NCBI GenBank assembly: GCA_964187785.1
Contig: OZ076411.1
Location: 54,250,001 to 54,314,000 of the forward strand
DNA: 64,000 bases
Direction: 5' to 3'
From: Amphiscolops sp. MND2022
Taxonomy: Eukaryota
The notes below the pieces were generated by a model. That model was not told the origin of the DNA and made no database searches. It saw nothing but the letters and a program-made list of their open reading frames with translations. How positions within the stretch are numbered: position 1 is the first letter of the stretch; every line of letters starts with the position of its first letter. Position numbers and translations under genes: made by a program. Shown in pieces: positions 1 to 12,600 of this stretch.

Positions 1-587
1 GTTGTTTTACTGATTCTAATCTTATGTGGACTTGACCAGAAAAATTGTTGACACCATCTGATTTTGATGATGGTGGTGGTGTCCAGTATTTTTAAAGAAA
101 CGTATGATCTATACGTGAAACAATTAAACAAAGGGGTGACAATCTATAAAATTCACAGTAATGGAAAGTTCTATGTTCGTGAGCACCTAGAAATGTCAAA
201 TACGAGACGTTATATCCAAAAATGCGAAACTGGCCCTTCGGAAAACGTTTTTTAGTCGGCGCTTTTCTAAAGGAAAAGTCGACTATAGTCAAGGCTTTTC
301 GTAATTTTTTTGTCGATACACCTGAACTGTTCAAAATAGTTCTACCAGAAGTTCTTCAGTTTTGGCAATGTCCCCTTGGCAATCGACATACTACATTTGA
401 GCTGTAAAAAGTGCTAAGGAGTCCCCTTGGACAATAACACAACCCATACTGGATTTAACGCTTCTTGGATAACGTTTCTTGGATAATTTTTCAATGATAC
501 AAAAGGGTTTTTAGAGTTTTAGGATATTTAGAGTTGATACAGATACAGAATCATTAGAAGCCAAAGGGTGCCCGTGAGACCTTATTA

Positions 588-974
588 TTTTTAGTCGGCG
601 CCTTTTCCCTTAAGGAAAAAAGCCCGACTCTTACAGTGAGTAGTTTTTTTTTTTTTTTTTTTTTTTCAGTTGACAATCTCACTCTGAGTGGTCCACTTTT
701 TACAATTTGTTCATCTTGTTCATCTTCGACTAAGTTTCTGAAGCCGGAGAGCGGGGGTTCGATTCTCGCACTAAACCATAATATTTTTATGCTTCCTAAA
801 GTACTCTTTTTGAGTTTTTCGGCATTGTGCGACTTTCTAAAAAAAATTTTTTCGAAAAAAAAATTTTCTAAATTTTTTTTTAAAAAATAATTTTTCCAAA
901 TGTTTCCAATAGTTGTTCTTTGAATATTTTTGAGCCTTAGATATGGCGCCGACTTGAGACGATCCCGTCTTGTT
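588..974 (+). mobile_element. Non-autonomous Helentron-type element (HINE/DINE-1-like), family A
   Basis: 5' subterminal repeat AGTCGGCGC with an adjacent partial inverted repeat (GCCCGACT); 3' inverted copy GCGCCGACT (946-954) followed by stem-loop AGACG-ATCC-CGTCT and TGTT. Confidence 0.7.
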
Positions 975-3892
975 CAATTTAAACGAAAAGCTGTTATATA
1001 CTCTCTAATTTATCATACTTTGTTGAAGCTTTTTTTCAGATCAATTTTGTCGTGAAAACGAGTGCCTACTGAAAAATTCAGATATTTTGTTCGGCAGTGA
1101 GTATAAGCGTGAGATTTAAATTTCAAGCTGCCGACAATTCGTTTCTCGTGCGAAGGAACGAGCGAGTAGTAATTATGCTTTCGTACGCCGAGTTGGTGAG
1201 ATGAAGCGAACGAGTTTTAATTATTCGTTCGCAGAGAGCTTCGCCTGCATTCAAATGCGAATGCGAAACTTCGTCTACGCTTTGTAGTTATACTTTCTTC
1301 AGTCCGAGAAGAATTGAAGGCAGTGATTAATTGTGCGCTATGTAAGTGATTAAGATATGCCTCCGTTATTGAACATGAAAGCCTAAAAGCAGAAATAATA
1401 CTGTACCCCGACGGGACCTATTTTCGAAAAATAGATTTTTTGTTTCCAGTCAGGGAATATGTGGCTTCCTTGTGTTATGCGTACCCTTTGAGGTATTTTT
1501 CGGCACTGTAATAGTCCGGCACATTTCATTTTAAAATCCGTAAACTATAAATACGTGTTCTGTTTTAGAAAACAACTACTTGAACAACTCCGACAAAAAA
1601 CTTGAAGACTCCATCAACCGGGACTTCATTGTAAACAAGCCGGAATCGGGGCCCGTTCAACATTCAAAAAGAGCAAAGTGTTTCAATTATGCCATGGGAC
1701 AATTATTGAAAACTTTTGAAATCAATATCACAGTTCCGAAATAGTTTGAAAATTGAAAACTACATTTTTCTGAGGTGGAAACAACTGAAAACCCAAAATT
1801 TGAGAAAAAAATCGAAAATCTCTTCTCAAAAAATGTTTTCCCAAAAAAATTCGTTGTTCCGAAAAACCCAATAAGTGACCTTCTAAACTTGCAAAACTAC
1901 TCGTATCTGCGTTTTTACGAAGCTGTTATAACTTGGTGAGCCCGTACTGTAGCGACAACGGGATTCGAGTACTGGGTGAATGCGTTGAGAATACGGCCTG
2001 TATGCATAACATGTATGACGTTATTTAAAAAATACCACCAATTTTGATTTTCCCATGAATTGGAAACATGGTTGTTACGGAGCACAAAACCCCAGATGCC
2101 TATGCCTTGCGTCTAGAACAACTTGGTTGAAAGAAAAATAACCATGTGTCGCATTGCGTTCTTCTGCTCCTTTTGTTTTATCGTGTATCCATTGCAGAAT
2201 ACGTTGCCAAGTTATCGGGAATTCCATATGATAATGACCCTCTCGGTTAAAGATGGTTTATTTACCAACATCTCCAGCGCTGTAGGAAACAATTTCTCAG
2301 TGAAGAAACTAAATGGGCGTTATTAACTGCCTGCTTCAATGAAATCATGTTTTGCAGAATTTTTCATATTTTGGCAGCACCCTTTTCTACTCCGTCTAAA
2401 CCTTTTTACCATGACGAATTCGATGACAAACCATAAAAATCCCATCATGAACGATTTATGCTGAATTCGACTTGCTAATTATTCTATTATATTCTTCACT
2501 TTGATGCTGCAATCTTAGCGCTCCGGAATTCATCAAAGATATCGAATAAGTGCTCATATCAAGCGACATCTCAAATCGAAAAAGTGATGGCTTATCAATC
2601 AAAACCCGGATCAGAAAGTTGAATCATGTATCAGGAAAGCTTAAAGAATTTATTCCGAATAATTAGGAATTATCATTTGATTGATAAGCAATTATTAGGA
2701 AATGCAAAATAGTGATCGGTTCATTATCACACCTTGATTAAAATGCTTGCAGAGAAAATACAATCTTTTGACAAATCTGATATAATCGCCTGATAAGTAA
2801 TAATGGCTTTTTTGATTTGATATGAGTTGTTGCCTAATCTGAGTTGACACCTGATAAGTTGATGAGTTGTCGCCATGCCCGAATGAAGTGTATAATCATT
2901 TTGTAAGGAAGTCAGTGGCTTCAACAGCGCCGATCGCATTCAGGTGAGCAACTTTCAATAAATTGAACTACCGAGGAACCTCCCACTGCTCTCTGGTGAG
3001 TATATACCAAAGGAAATTTTTTATGACAACAAAAACGAGTTTCTTTCGAAATGTTTTTTTCTGAAGGAGTGATCCAGAGGATTGTAGTGAAAATCATGAG
3101 ACTGAAATGCTTCAGAACATTGGAGGGTCAAGTTCGAAGTCGAGTTTTTCCAAGGATTTTTAATCGAAATTTTCACGACAGAAAAAATTGTTCCGAAGTA
3201 TTGGATCGCCCAGTTATATATATTTTTTCGACATCAAAATGCCAAAACTTTCACCTTAAATTGAAAAATAATTTTCAAAATTATTCAATTTTCTGGTTTT
3301 TTCCCTAGATTACTCTTTCGCTTTGAATATTTTTCGCTATGAATATTTCGCCATAAATATTTTTGTTATGAATGCATCAAGGAGTTTTCGGATATTTTTG
3401 GCAGAAAAAACCTAATCCAATAGCTACTTTTAACAAATGTTTTATTCTTTCAAGGACGAGTGTTTTAACTGCTACATTTTTCAATTGTTTCAGGTTCCTA
3501 ATTTGTACGTAAGGTTGAAGACTGACTTAAAAGTTTGTATTTTGCCTCATCTTCTCCATGAATGAGCTTTAAAATGTTTCGAATTGGTGTGTCATGTTAT
3601 TAACAATGTTTCATAAAGTAGTAGTAGTAATCAGCTACGTCTCATTTAGCTTTCTCATTTAAAAAAAGTTTACTTTGCTGAAGTGCTATCATTTGCATAG
3701 GTATTTTCTGTCCGTGTTTACAGGTTCTTTTCCAAACTTGGCTTTTCAAAACTACTTTCGTAGTGAAAAGACGTGAAAAAAATTACCTTTATGCAAGAAC
3801 TAAACTGTTGATTGTAAAAAATGCCTTGGTTCATTTTCAACCATCTTTCTTTCACTTTTCAACTTTTCCAAGTAACTTTTTCTGCGCAATCT

Positions 3893-3940
3893 GCAAGCCG
3901 GGACCGGCATAAGTCGGCGCCATATCTAAGGCTCAAAAAT
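3893..3940 (-). mobile_element. Isolated 3' end of HINE family A
   Basis: Stem-loop GCCG-GGAC-CGGC, then AGTCGGCGC-CATATCTAAGGCTCAAAAA, the reverse complement of 930-970. Confidence 0.55.
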
Positions 3941-6543
3941 AGCAAAAGGATATGAACGTGTCAGAAAATTCCAAGTATCAAACTCACAAAAAGAGTATGA
4001 AACTCACGAAAAACCCAAACGAACCGACTCGTATATGAACCGAAAACTGAAAATTCATTTCGGTTCGGTTTACATGTACTCAGTTTAAACCAGGGTGTAG
4101 TGAAATATGCGGCGTATATCGCAGCATATAACCTTGCATTTCTTAGAAATAGAACAACTAACAACAACTGCTGCTCGCCTTATTTTTTATTGATCAATTA
4201 TAATCCAACCAGTTTCATTGATTCAGAAGTTCAATTGAATTCTTCCACTACACTAGATCCCAAACACTAGATTTTAAACTTTTAGACTTTCAAGATTTTA
4301 GACTTGAAAAAACTGAACCGAAGTTGAAAACCGATTTTTTGGCCCAGACCGAACCGAGTTTGAAATTTCCCGAACCTCCGACGCCTAGTTTCTAATTTGC
4401 TTGGCACATTCTTCAGGCAGAAAGAATAATTTTCCCTGAAATTTCCCCAGTGCTAACGTTGGTTTTCGAATAATTTGCTTCAGAGTTTTAAAAAAAATCA
4501 AAATCTCTTTTAGCATCCATATGCTTTTTGTAGCTGAAATACCAAAAGAAAATTCATCGCAATTTTACTGTGTGAGAATTTTATCACATTCAATTTTTCA
4601 GCAGAAGAATTTACTTTTTGTGCCTGATATTTCTAAAAAATGAATTAGTTTATGTAAAAAAAATTATGTTCGTGATTTAATAAATATGTTTATTGATTTG
4701 TAACGATGTTATAAATTTAATTAAAATTTTTCAAATATGAAAAAAGAATTTCTGGAAACCAAAAAAATGTCAATGTCTCCGACAGATTTCACAGGATTAA
4801 TTGAGCTCGAAAAAGCTTTAAAAAAGTTTTATGCAAGATGAAAAGTCTCAATTTTCAACTTTTCGAATTTTCTCAGTATTTTACTTATTGGAGTTACTTC
4901 AAAATTTTTGCTCTTGCAAAAATATTGATGACTTCCTTTTCATTTATGATCGATTATGACTACTAGTCTACTAGTTGAGACTAATGAAAAGTTCTATCAA
5001 ATGTATAATGTAGTTCCATAGTATCTGAATATCGCTCATTTTCAAAAAAAGCTTCTTTCGCTTTTTCTAAAGAAGCATTTACAAAATAGAAAATCAAACG
5101 TCCGATTTTTTCATGGTGAACTGGGTCATTTAATGGCTTTCCGGTCATTGAATGAGGAAGGCCGAAACTCTAGAACTTTGAAAACCACGTAAAAATGTAA
5201 TCTCTTTCAAGTTTTAAAAGATCATAGTATTGCGGAAGTGTTTGGGGGGGGGGTGTTTGTGGGGGTTTCTAACAACTGTTGGAAAATCTTGTGGTTTAAC
5301 CTTAAGTTGACCGGGAAAATTTTGGATCCATCCAAAAATCGGGTGCTTAAACTTTAAACCGCAATATCTCCTAAACTATTCAAGTCGGACAAACGATTTA
5401 TAGAGCTTTCGAAAGAGGAGCATCAGGGCTTTCAAATCAATTTTTAAACTGCTGGGCTGGGGGACTTCGCCGCACTGGCTCCGGATTTTGCGCCAAAACT
5501 TTGCACGCGTCGTGTCTCTGATTGCTTTTCAGCATGTTTCAAAAGAAGCTGGGGCCACTTTGACCCAATGTTGATACCAGTGGGATAAAAGGGCCACGAA
5601 CGAAAACTGGAAAAACGGAAATTCTGCACTCAATTTTTTTGATTTTGTGGTCCCATTTTCTGGATTTCGGAGACATCATGTCAATATTCCGTGAAAAGGC
5701 GCCGAATGCTATGCAATATCGTCTGAAAATCCTATTCAAGAGTTTTCTTTACCATACAATCAGCTGGTGCGTTTAGAATTTGCAGAAACTAAATGTGCCA
5801 AATTTGGCACAGTGGCCAAGTTAAGGTTAAATAATATCAAAGATGAAAACTGTTTTTGAATTCAGGAGTATCCGATAGATATTCACAACACGTTAAATCC
5901 TTGTTTCTTTTAGCAAAGACGCATAACTTCTGTGACTCACTCTTAATTCCAAATTGTTGGAACAATTTGAAAATGAAGAGTACTAATTACATATTATTAA
6001 TCAGTAAAATTTATTGAAAATTTTCTTGCAAATTTCTTGATTGACATAATTTTTTTGAAGATTCCCCATCCATGATAACCAGTAAGAACATTGATGTTTA
6101 GAGTGTTGGCTCTGCACTTCTACCACGGTATGGTGTTGTGGTGTTTTGAGCTTGTACAAGTATTACACATAGATTTAATTGTGCCGTGGTTACCATTGAG
6201 ATAATTGTACAAAAGCTACAGCCTGGTATTGGCCTAAAAGTACCATTGGACTGTTGCCACAATTGTTAATGCTAATTTTACAACGACCATCGTGATTAAA
6301 CAACCAAGCAACTTTTAATCCTTTATATCGCCTGCATTCATAATCAAAGTACCATTTTCTCTTTCAGACCATATATGCTAAAGCTAAAGCCAGACCTACC
6401 AAAGTGTAGTTGATGTTTAGATCTTAATTTAATAACTTGTACTAACTTAGTAGAGACTTCCCAGCGTACCTGGGATTGAATAACACTCAAACTGCTTCAA
6501 ACATTCTCGAGGACCGATACCCACTCAGAGTTGAGTTGAAAAA

Positions 6544-6681
6544 ATGCTGAATCATCTCCTGGATTTGATCCGCGTTAACACGAAGGAGAATAGCTACAAC
6601 ACTGACAGTGTCGACAAGTTCAACAGCCGCTATTGCGCAATCACTCTGCTGGTTCTTGCCACCTTCGTTATCACAAACCAG
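6544..6681 (+). CDS. inx: Innexin exon 1 (MLNHLLDLIRVNTKENSYNTDSVDKFNSRYCAITLLVLATFVITNQ; TM1)
   Basis: ATG at 6544; matches the innexin N-terminal D..D+.N..+ pattern followed by TM1; donor GTTTGA at 6682. Confidence 0.88.
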
Positions 6682-9600
6682 GTTTGAATCTTACTTTTTT
6701 AAAAAACCAGAGTATCGTTTTATTGCTCTTTTGTGTCGGATAGTAAATCCGTGTCTTTTGTGTCGCATAGTAAACGCCCCAGACAAAAGCGCCCATTTTA
6801 CCCAGTTATAAGCGCCCCAATGCAAAACTTCCTACTTGTTTTATAGTTGATTTCACTCACCGCCTCTAATTAAATTTAATTTAAGGTGTTGAAAGACAAG
6901 GAAAACCTTTTGGTAATGCCAGATTTGACATTTTCAAATTAATTTTGGCATTTCTGAACTAACTATATTAATTGGTTGATGAATCACTATGTCAATACAC
7001 TGGTTTGAGATGAAATACTGATAATTATTTAATTGGACTGAGGACGTAATATTGGTGGTGGAAAAAGAATCAGCAAATCCTCTGTAGTCTTTGATTGGGG
7101 CGCTTTTGACTGCGTATTTTGGGCGCTTTTGTCTGGTAACCAGTAAATCAATCTTTACGAATCTTGTTATTTTACGAATGGAAAACGAATAAATGAAAAA
7201 TGAAACCATGAAAAACAATGCATTTGGAACGATTTCAAAAAAGAATAAATGTGTTTTGAGGAATTTATATAACGATACCCATAACACTGCAATGTTTACC
7301 GTCTCCAAAACTTATAACTGTAGAAGAATGTGAAATTTGTGACTTTTAGCTTGTCGGTGACGTCATAGATTGCTGGACGGAGGCGCAGTTCAATGGCCAA
7401 TGGGTGAAGTACACGGACCAAATGTGCTGGGTGTCCAACACATACCATTTGCCCATCCACATCACGCCCGAGGCAGGCAGGGACTCGGACCACATTTACG
7501 AGATCAAGTACTACCAATGGGTACCCATCATATTAGCCAGTTAGCAGTGATTAATTAGCCTTCTATTCTGCGGATTCCCAAATAACATATGAGCAAATAA
7601 CGAAAACTAATTTAGTTTCAAATAACAAAAGTGAAATGAGTTTCACTGAACATAAAAATATTTTTTACGAGAAAGTTTCATTGTTCAAAAGATTCACTGA
7701 AAAAAGTGTGAAAATTACAGGTAAAATTACGTTAGTTCGACTGTTTAACCTAGTATTCAGTTTTATTTGTGTTAAATGAAACTAATTTCATTTTTGTTAA
7801 ATGGGACTAATTTCGTTTTTGTTATTTGCTCTTACGTTATTTGGTACGTAATCTTCTATTCTCGCTCAATCCATGTCAACATTTTTTTTCACTGTCGAAA
7901 ACCGAACAAAAAGTTTACTTAGCCTGAGGTTAATTATCTGGATTACACAAATTAGGCAGCGACCTTTGTCCAAAAAAGCCTTGCGATTGAAGATGTAGAT
8001 ACTTGCATATTGAAAACCCAATTTGAAACTAAACTATAGTGAAAGGTTGTGTGCATCAAACATTGTTAGTGCTGATTTGATGGTGTTTTTGACCGTTTCT
8101 CGCAAGTTTCTCCATTTTTGCATTTTTTGCTGTTCTGTGAATTTGAACTTTAATTCTACAAAATGAGTCACAGACTATACATCTGAGAGAAATTACAATC
8201 AAAGCGGTTCTTCCCTTTCTTCTTCTTAACCTTTATCATTCGCGTCCTTATTCATAGAACTTAATGCGAAACTTGCTAGGGGTTGTTTTTTGTGGTATAC
8301 GGAAAACTCGTCGAGAACAACTCGCCGAATGCAACTTTTCGAAAACAACTCGTCGAAATTAAAGGGCGCAAAACTGGTCGAAAATTAACTCGTCGAATAA
8401 TATTTGAGTGCAAACTCGTCTAATAATTACGGATTACCTACAGGGATGATCCAATGCCAATTATGGATTAATTTTCGTTAATTGATACGTGAAATTTGTA
8501 GTTTTACGCATAATTTAGCTTTTTAGTTATATAATTGCTTGAAATGTTTCACTTTTATAGTTTACAGTGCAGTACTTCATAATAATTTAGAACTTCATAA
8601 CACGGTATGATCACAAAGTTGGGACTATATTTGCCTGAGATTATTATTTTCCGCCCATATTTCATATGGGAAAGGAAAATATTTAAATCAAACGGGTTTT
8701 TTTTTTTTTTTTTTTTTTTTTACAAAATTTGCCAAGATTTTATTTATATTTAAATTTAAGGGTGTTACCCATAGAATTCAACCCACATAAATTTAGCTTC
8801 GTGCGATATGTATTTGTAGAGATTTTTGAAGTTTTTTTAAAAAATGACGAAAATGACGAAAATGACCCCTTAATGACAAAATGACCCCGAAAATGACAAA
8901 AATTCCCAAATTTCTCATTTTTAAACATTTTTATGCAATTTTTGCCATTTTTTGAGACACCGCGAATTAGAAAAATGGACAAGATGAATCGAAGCTTTCT
9001 TTTCTTCGAACTTCTCAGCGTTTTTATAGTGCATTAGTTATTCTTGAGCCTCAAATTTATGTAGTTGTAGAACAGTTCGGGGCGGAAAATATCCCGCTCC
9101 TCAGCGGGCGTCTTGTTATCTGTTCTTTCGACGAGTTTTCCGCTGGAGAATTTTCGACGCGTGTTCCCCCTAGTATTTTCGAAGAGTTGTTTTCGACGAG
9201 TCAGGGCTGTTATGTCAAATAACAATGTTAATTAACAAGCCTTTTTAAAACTGTTTTTAACACCAGTTTTTGAAACAATGTTATCAAAATGTTAAAAATT
9301 TCATGGGTTCTAGTCAAAAACTAAAGTGTTTCCCATGACATGGGTCGTGGAAAAAGTGAATATATGGATTCATTTTGATGCCAACGAAGATATCGTATGA
9401 ATGATTAACACTCGTTCGCGTCATTAATGCGGTGGCGGACGCTCGCTTTATGCCAAAGATTCTTTTTGTTGAGAAGTCCGGTAAACTGGCGTTTATGTAC
9501 CGCCAAATGAACAAAAAGGGTTACATGACATTTCGTCCTATACATTTTCAGCCTATGCAATTTCAACCGCTCAGAATTTCAACCTATTGCATTTTCAATC

Positions 9601-12600
9601 GTCCGCAATTTCGACCTAAACTAATTTTGGCTATTTAGTCTTAATTCGGTTGAGCTATTATTTCAGTACAATAATTACAAACGAATCAACAAGCCTTAAT
9701 TAATGGTAATTATTCATGAAGAAGCCAAAACTACCGGTCGAAATTGCGGACGGTTGAAAATGCAATAGGTTGAAACTGTGAGCGGTTGAAATGGCAACGG
9801 TTGAAATTGTGAGCGGTTGAAATGGCAACGGTTGAAATTGCATAGGATGAAATGTCCTGACACCAACAAAAAGTGATGGAATTGCTTTGTGAAAGCATTT
9901 TTTTTTATGTTATTATTTTTACATTTTTAACAATTTACATGTTTTTTTTTCATTTTAACTTTTTAACTGTTAAAAATATTTTTAACTAACAACTTAGCCC
10001 TGCGACGAGTTTTCCTAGATTCGTTTTTTGTTTCCAGTGCAAGCACTTCTTTTCTTCTTGCCCAGTCTGGTGTGGAGTGCGGCTGCCGACAGCTCCATCG
10101 ACATCTCCAACATCGTCTCGGCCCTCAACGACAAGAGTCTCGTGCTCGAACCCGAGAAGAGAGACAAGTCCGTCAAAAACCTCGCTCTTCAGTTCCACAG
10201 GTAGGTCAATGAAACGCATTTCCTGCTGTTCATACTCATTTTGATAATTTTGAAGATCTGCTATCCAAAACCACCTTTCAAATATGCAATACCGAGGGCA
10301 ACGTTTTTGCTGTTAATTCACACAGAAGTTGTCACTAGTTTTTGAGACAAGGAATTTTTTCTAATTCAGTATTCGATATCATACGGTTTTGTATGTTTAA
10401 TTTGTAATTTTTCAACAGTTCAACCAAATTTTTCTGCCAAAAAACAGGTCTTTCGGTTGCATGCAAACGCATACATTTCGATTGTTAAATGCAGGCTTGA
10501 CATTTAAAAATCTCAAAACTGATTTGGAACTGTCTATAAAATAGGGTTTTCTTTTTGCTTTATAATTTAAAAACATTGGCTGATTGCATCGAAAATGGTT
10601 TGGTGCTTATTTAAAATAATAATAAACAATTTCTGGACCGATTTCAGTCGTTTGAGGCTCTAGATCTTAGCACTTAGATTTTGAATAATTCCTCAGTGTA
10701 TTTCATATTTTTCAACTGATTTTTTTTCTTAGCTTCAACATAAAAGCTGAAAGAACAATTTTAGCATGATTTTTTCCCCAAAAAACACCCACCAGCCAAC
10801 CCTGGTTAAATGCTGATTCCCTTCATTTTTCTTCAGATATATCAAAAACCGACGACAGTATTCACGCTCGAATCTCAACGAAGTGAGACGTAAAATGAGG
10901 GAGACAAACAGTTTTTGTCTGGCGTGTGGCAGTAGATACGGAAACTATCTGGGACTGATCTACCTCCTGGCTAAAGCCCTCTTCGTCTTCAATGCCTGGG
11001 CTCAGCTCTTCTGTCTGGACTCCTTCTTGGGGCCCAAGTTCCACGCGTATGGCTTCGACGTTCTCCAGAGCATGTACGAGGGTGTGGATTGGACCAATAG
11101 CCAGCGATTTCCAAGAGTCACTCTCTGTGATTTCGAGGTTGGATTTGCTTCCTGATAATAGAAGCAAGTTGAGAACGTCTCAAGCCGGCGCCCCGCTCAA
11201 GGCTCCAAAAGTGCCAACCAAATATGCTAAAAGGCTGTTTTCATGAAAATTCTGAAAATCTCACAGTGCCGAAAAATTTCCTTTCTACTTAAAAGAGCTT
11301 TTCTTTACTGGGGAAATTTTGAGAATTTTCGAAAAAGTCGCACGGTGCCAATAAAAATGAAAGTGCATTTTTGCCCTAGCAGTTTTTTTGCTTCGCAGGT
11401 AATGTAAAACTAAGGAAAATTTGAAGCGAGGACCCCTTGCTCTCTGTCAGTACACTTCAGTTATTAGGCTAGAAAGTTTGTAAAAAGTGGATCTTTCAGA
11501 GTGGAAGTTGTTATCTTATAGAAAAAGAATAAAATCTTGTTACTGTAAGATTCGGGCACTTTTGCTTCAAAAATTTTCTGTCGACTAAAAACAAGCAGAA
11601 AACGTAGTATCGGCGGCTTTGTCAAGACTCAAAACGCTATAAGTACCTATATTACCAAGTCGCCTTTGGACATAGAAAAGGCTAAAACATAACCAGGCTA
11701 ATATAAGGGGAATAACCAACAAGCAGGGAACGGCCCAAGTCGATAAAAATAAATTGGAAAAAAGTCGCATAATACCGAAAAACGCTGGCTTTTAACAAGA
11801 TTTGAATAGTATTGAAAAAATTATTTGTTGATATGTATCTATATCTAAAAAACCTAATAAAGATAAAGATAAAAAAGCCTAATACCAGACAAAAAATGGG
11901 AATTTTGAACAGTCTCATAGTGCTAAAAAATCTGAAAGGGGGGACCCTCCCGGATTTTTTTACATCCAATTTGTTGCAAAATATCAAAAAAATGAAGACG
12001 GACCCTTTGGAAACATTAAAAAGTTTTCAAAAAAGTCTCACAAAGCCGAAAAAAGGGGGATGGAAGTCTCATAGTGCCGAAAAAAGGGAAAGGGAGATCC
12101 TTCTGCTTTGGAATGGTTTTGTATTTCATGTTAGAGGCTTTGGATGCGTTCAAAATCAAATACAAAGTACTTATGGAAATAGTGCACTGTGCACTAAAAG
12201 TGGACCGATCGCGCTGAACTGACGAAATAAAAAGCCACTGTAAGAGTCGTCCTTTTTGTCCGAAAACGCCGACTAAAAATGAAGTAGAAAAATTGGATTT
12301 TCAACACCGAAGTAATTGAAATTTTTGCTGTTTCCTGTGGAAAAATTTATCAGGGGAAAGTCGCACAGTGCAGAAAAACCCACATATTGGAATAAAAGTC
12401 TCAAATTTTGAAAGGGAAGACTCGTTGAAACATTTTTAACCTCTTTAGATCTAAGGCGTTTTGTAGATATTCGTAGGTGATATTTGTTGACTTTGACTGG
12501 ATTTAACAAACTCACACGAAAAGCCGCTATAATAATCGTATTTCACTTCATGAAGCGCGGACAAAAAAAAACGAAATCCTAGGATTCTATCGATTCTGAT

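Noticed and set aside
2150-2700. Possible very old LINE RT C-terminal remnant on the - strand (ERVIIIWNS-like)
   Set aside because: Only one weak motif survives; too degraded to call.
6082-6367. Possible 5' UTR intron of innexin (GTAAGA at 6082, TTTTCTCTTTCAG ending at 6367)
   Set aside because: The acceptor is plausible, but there is no independent support without transcripts.
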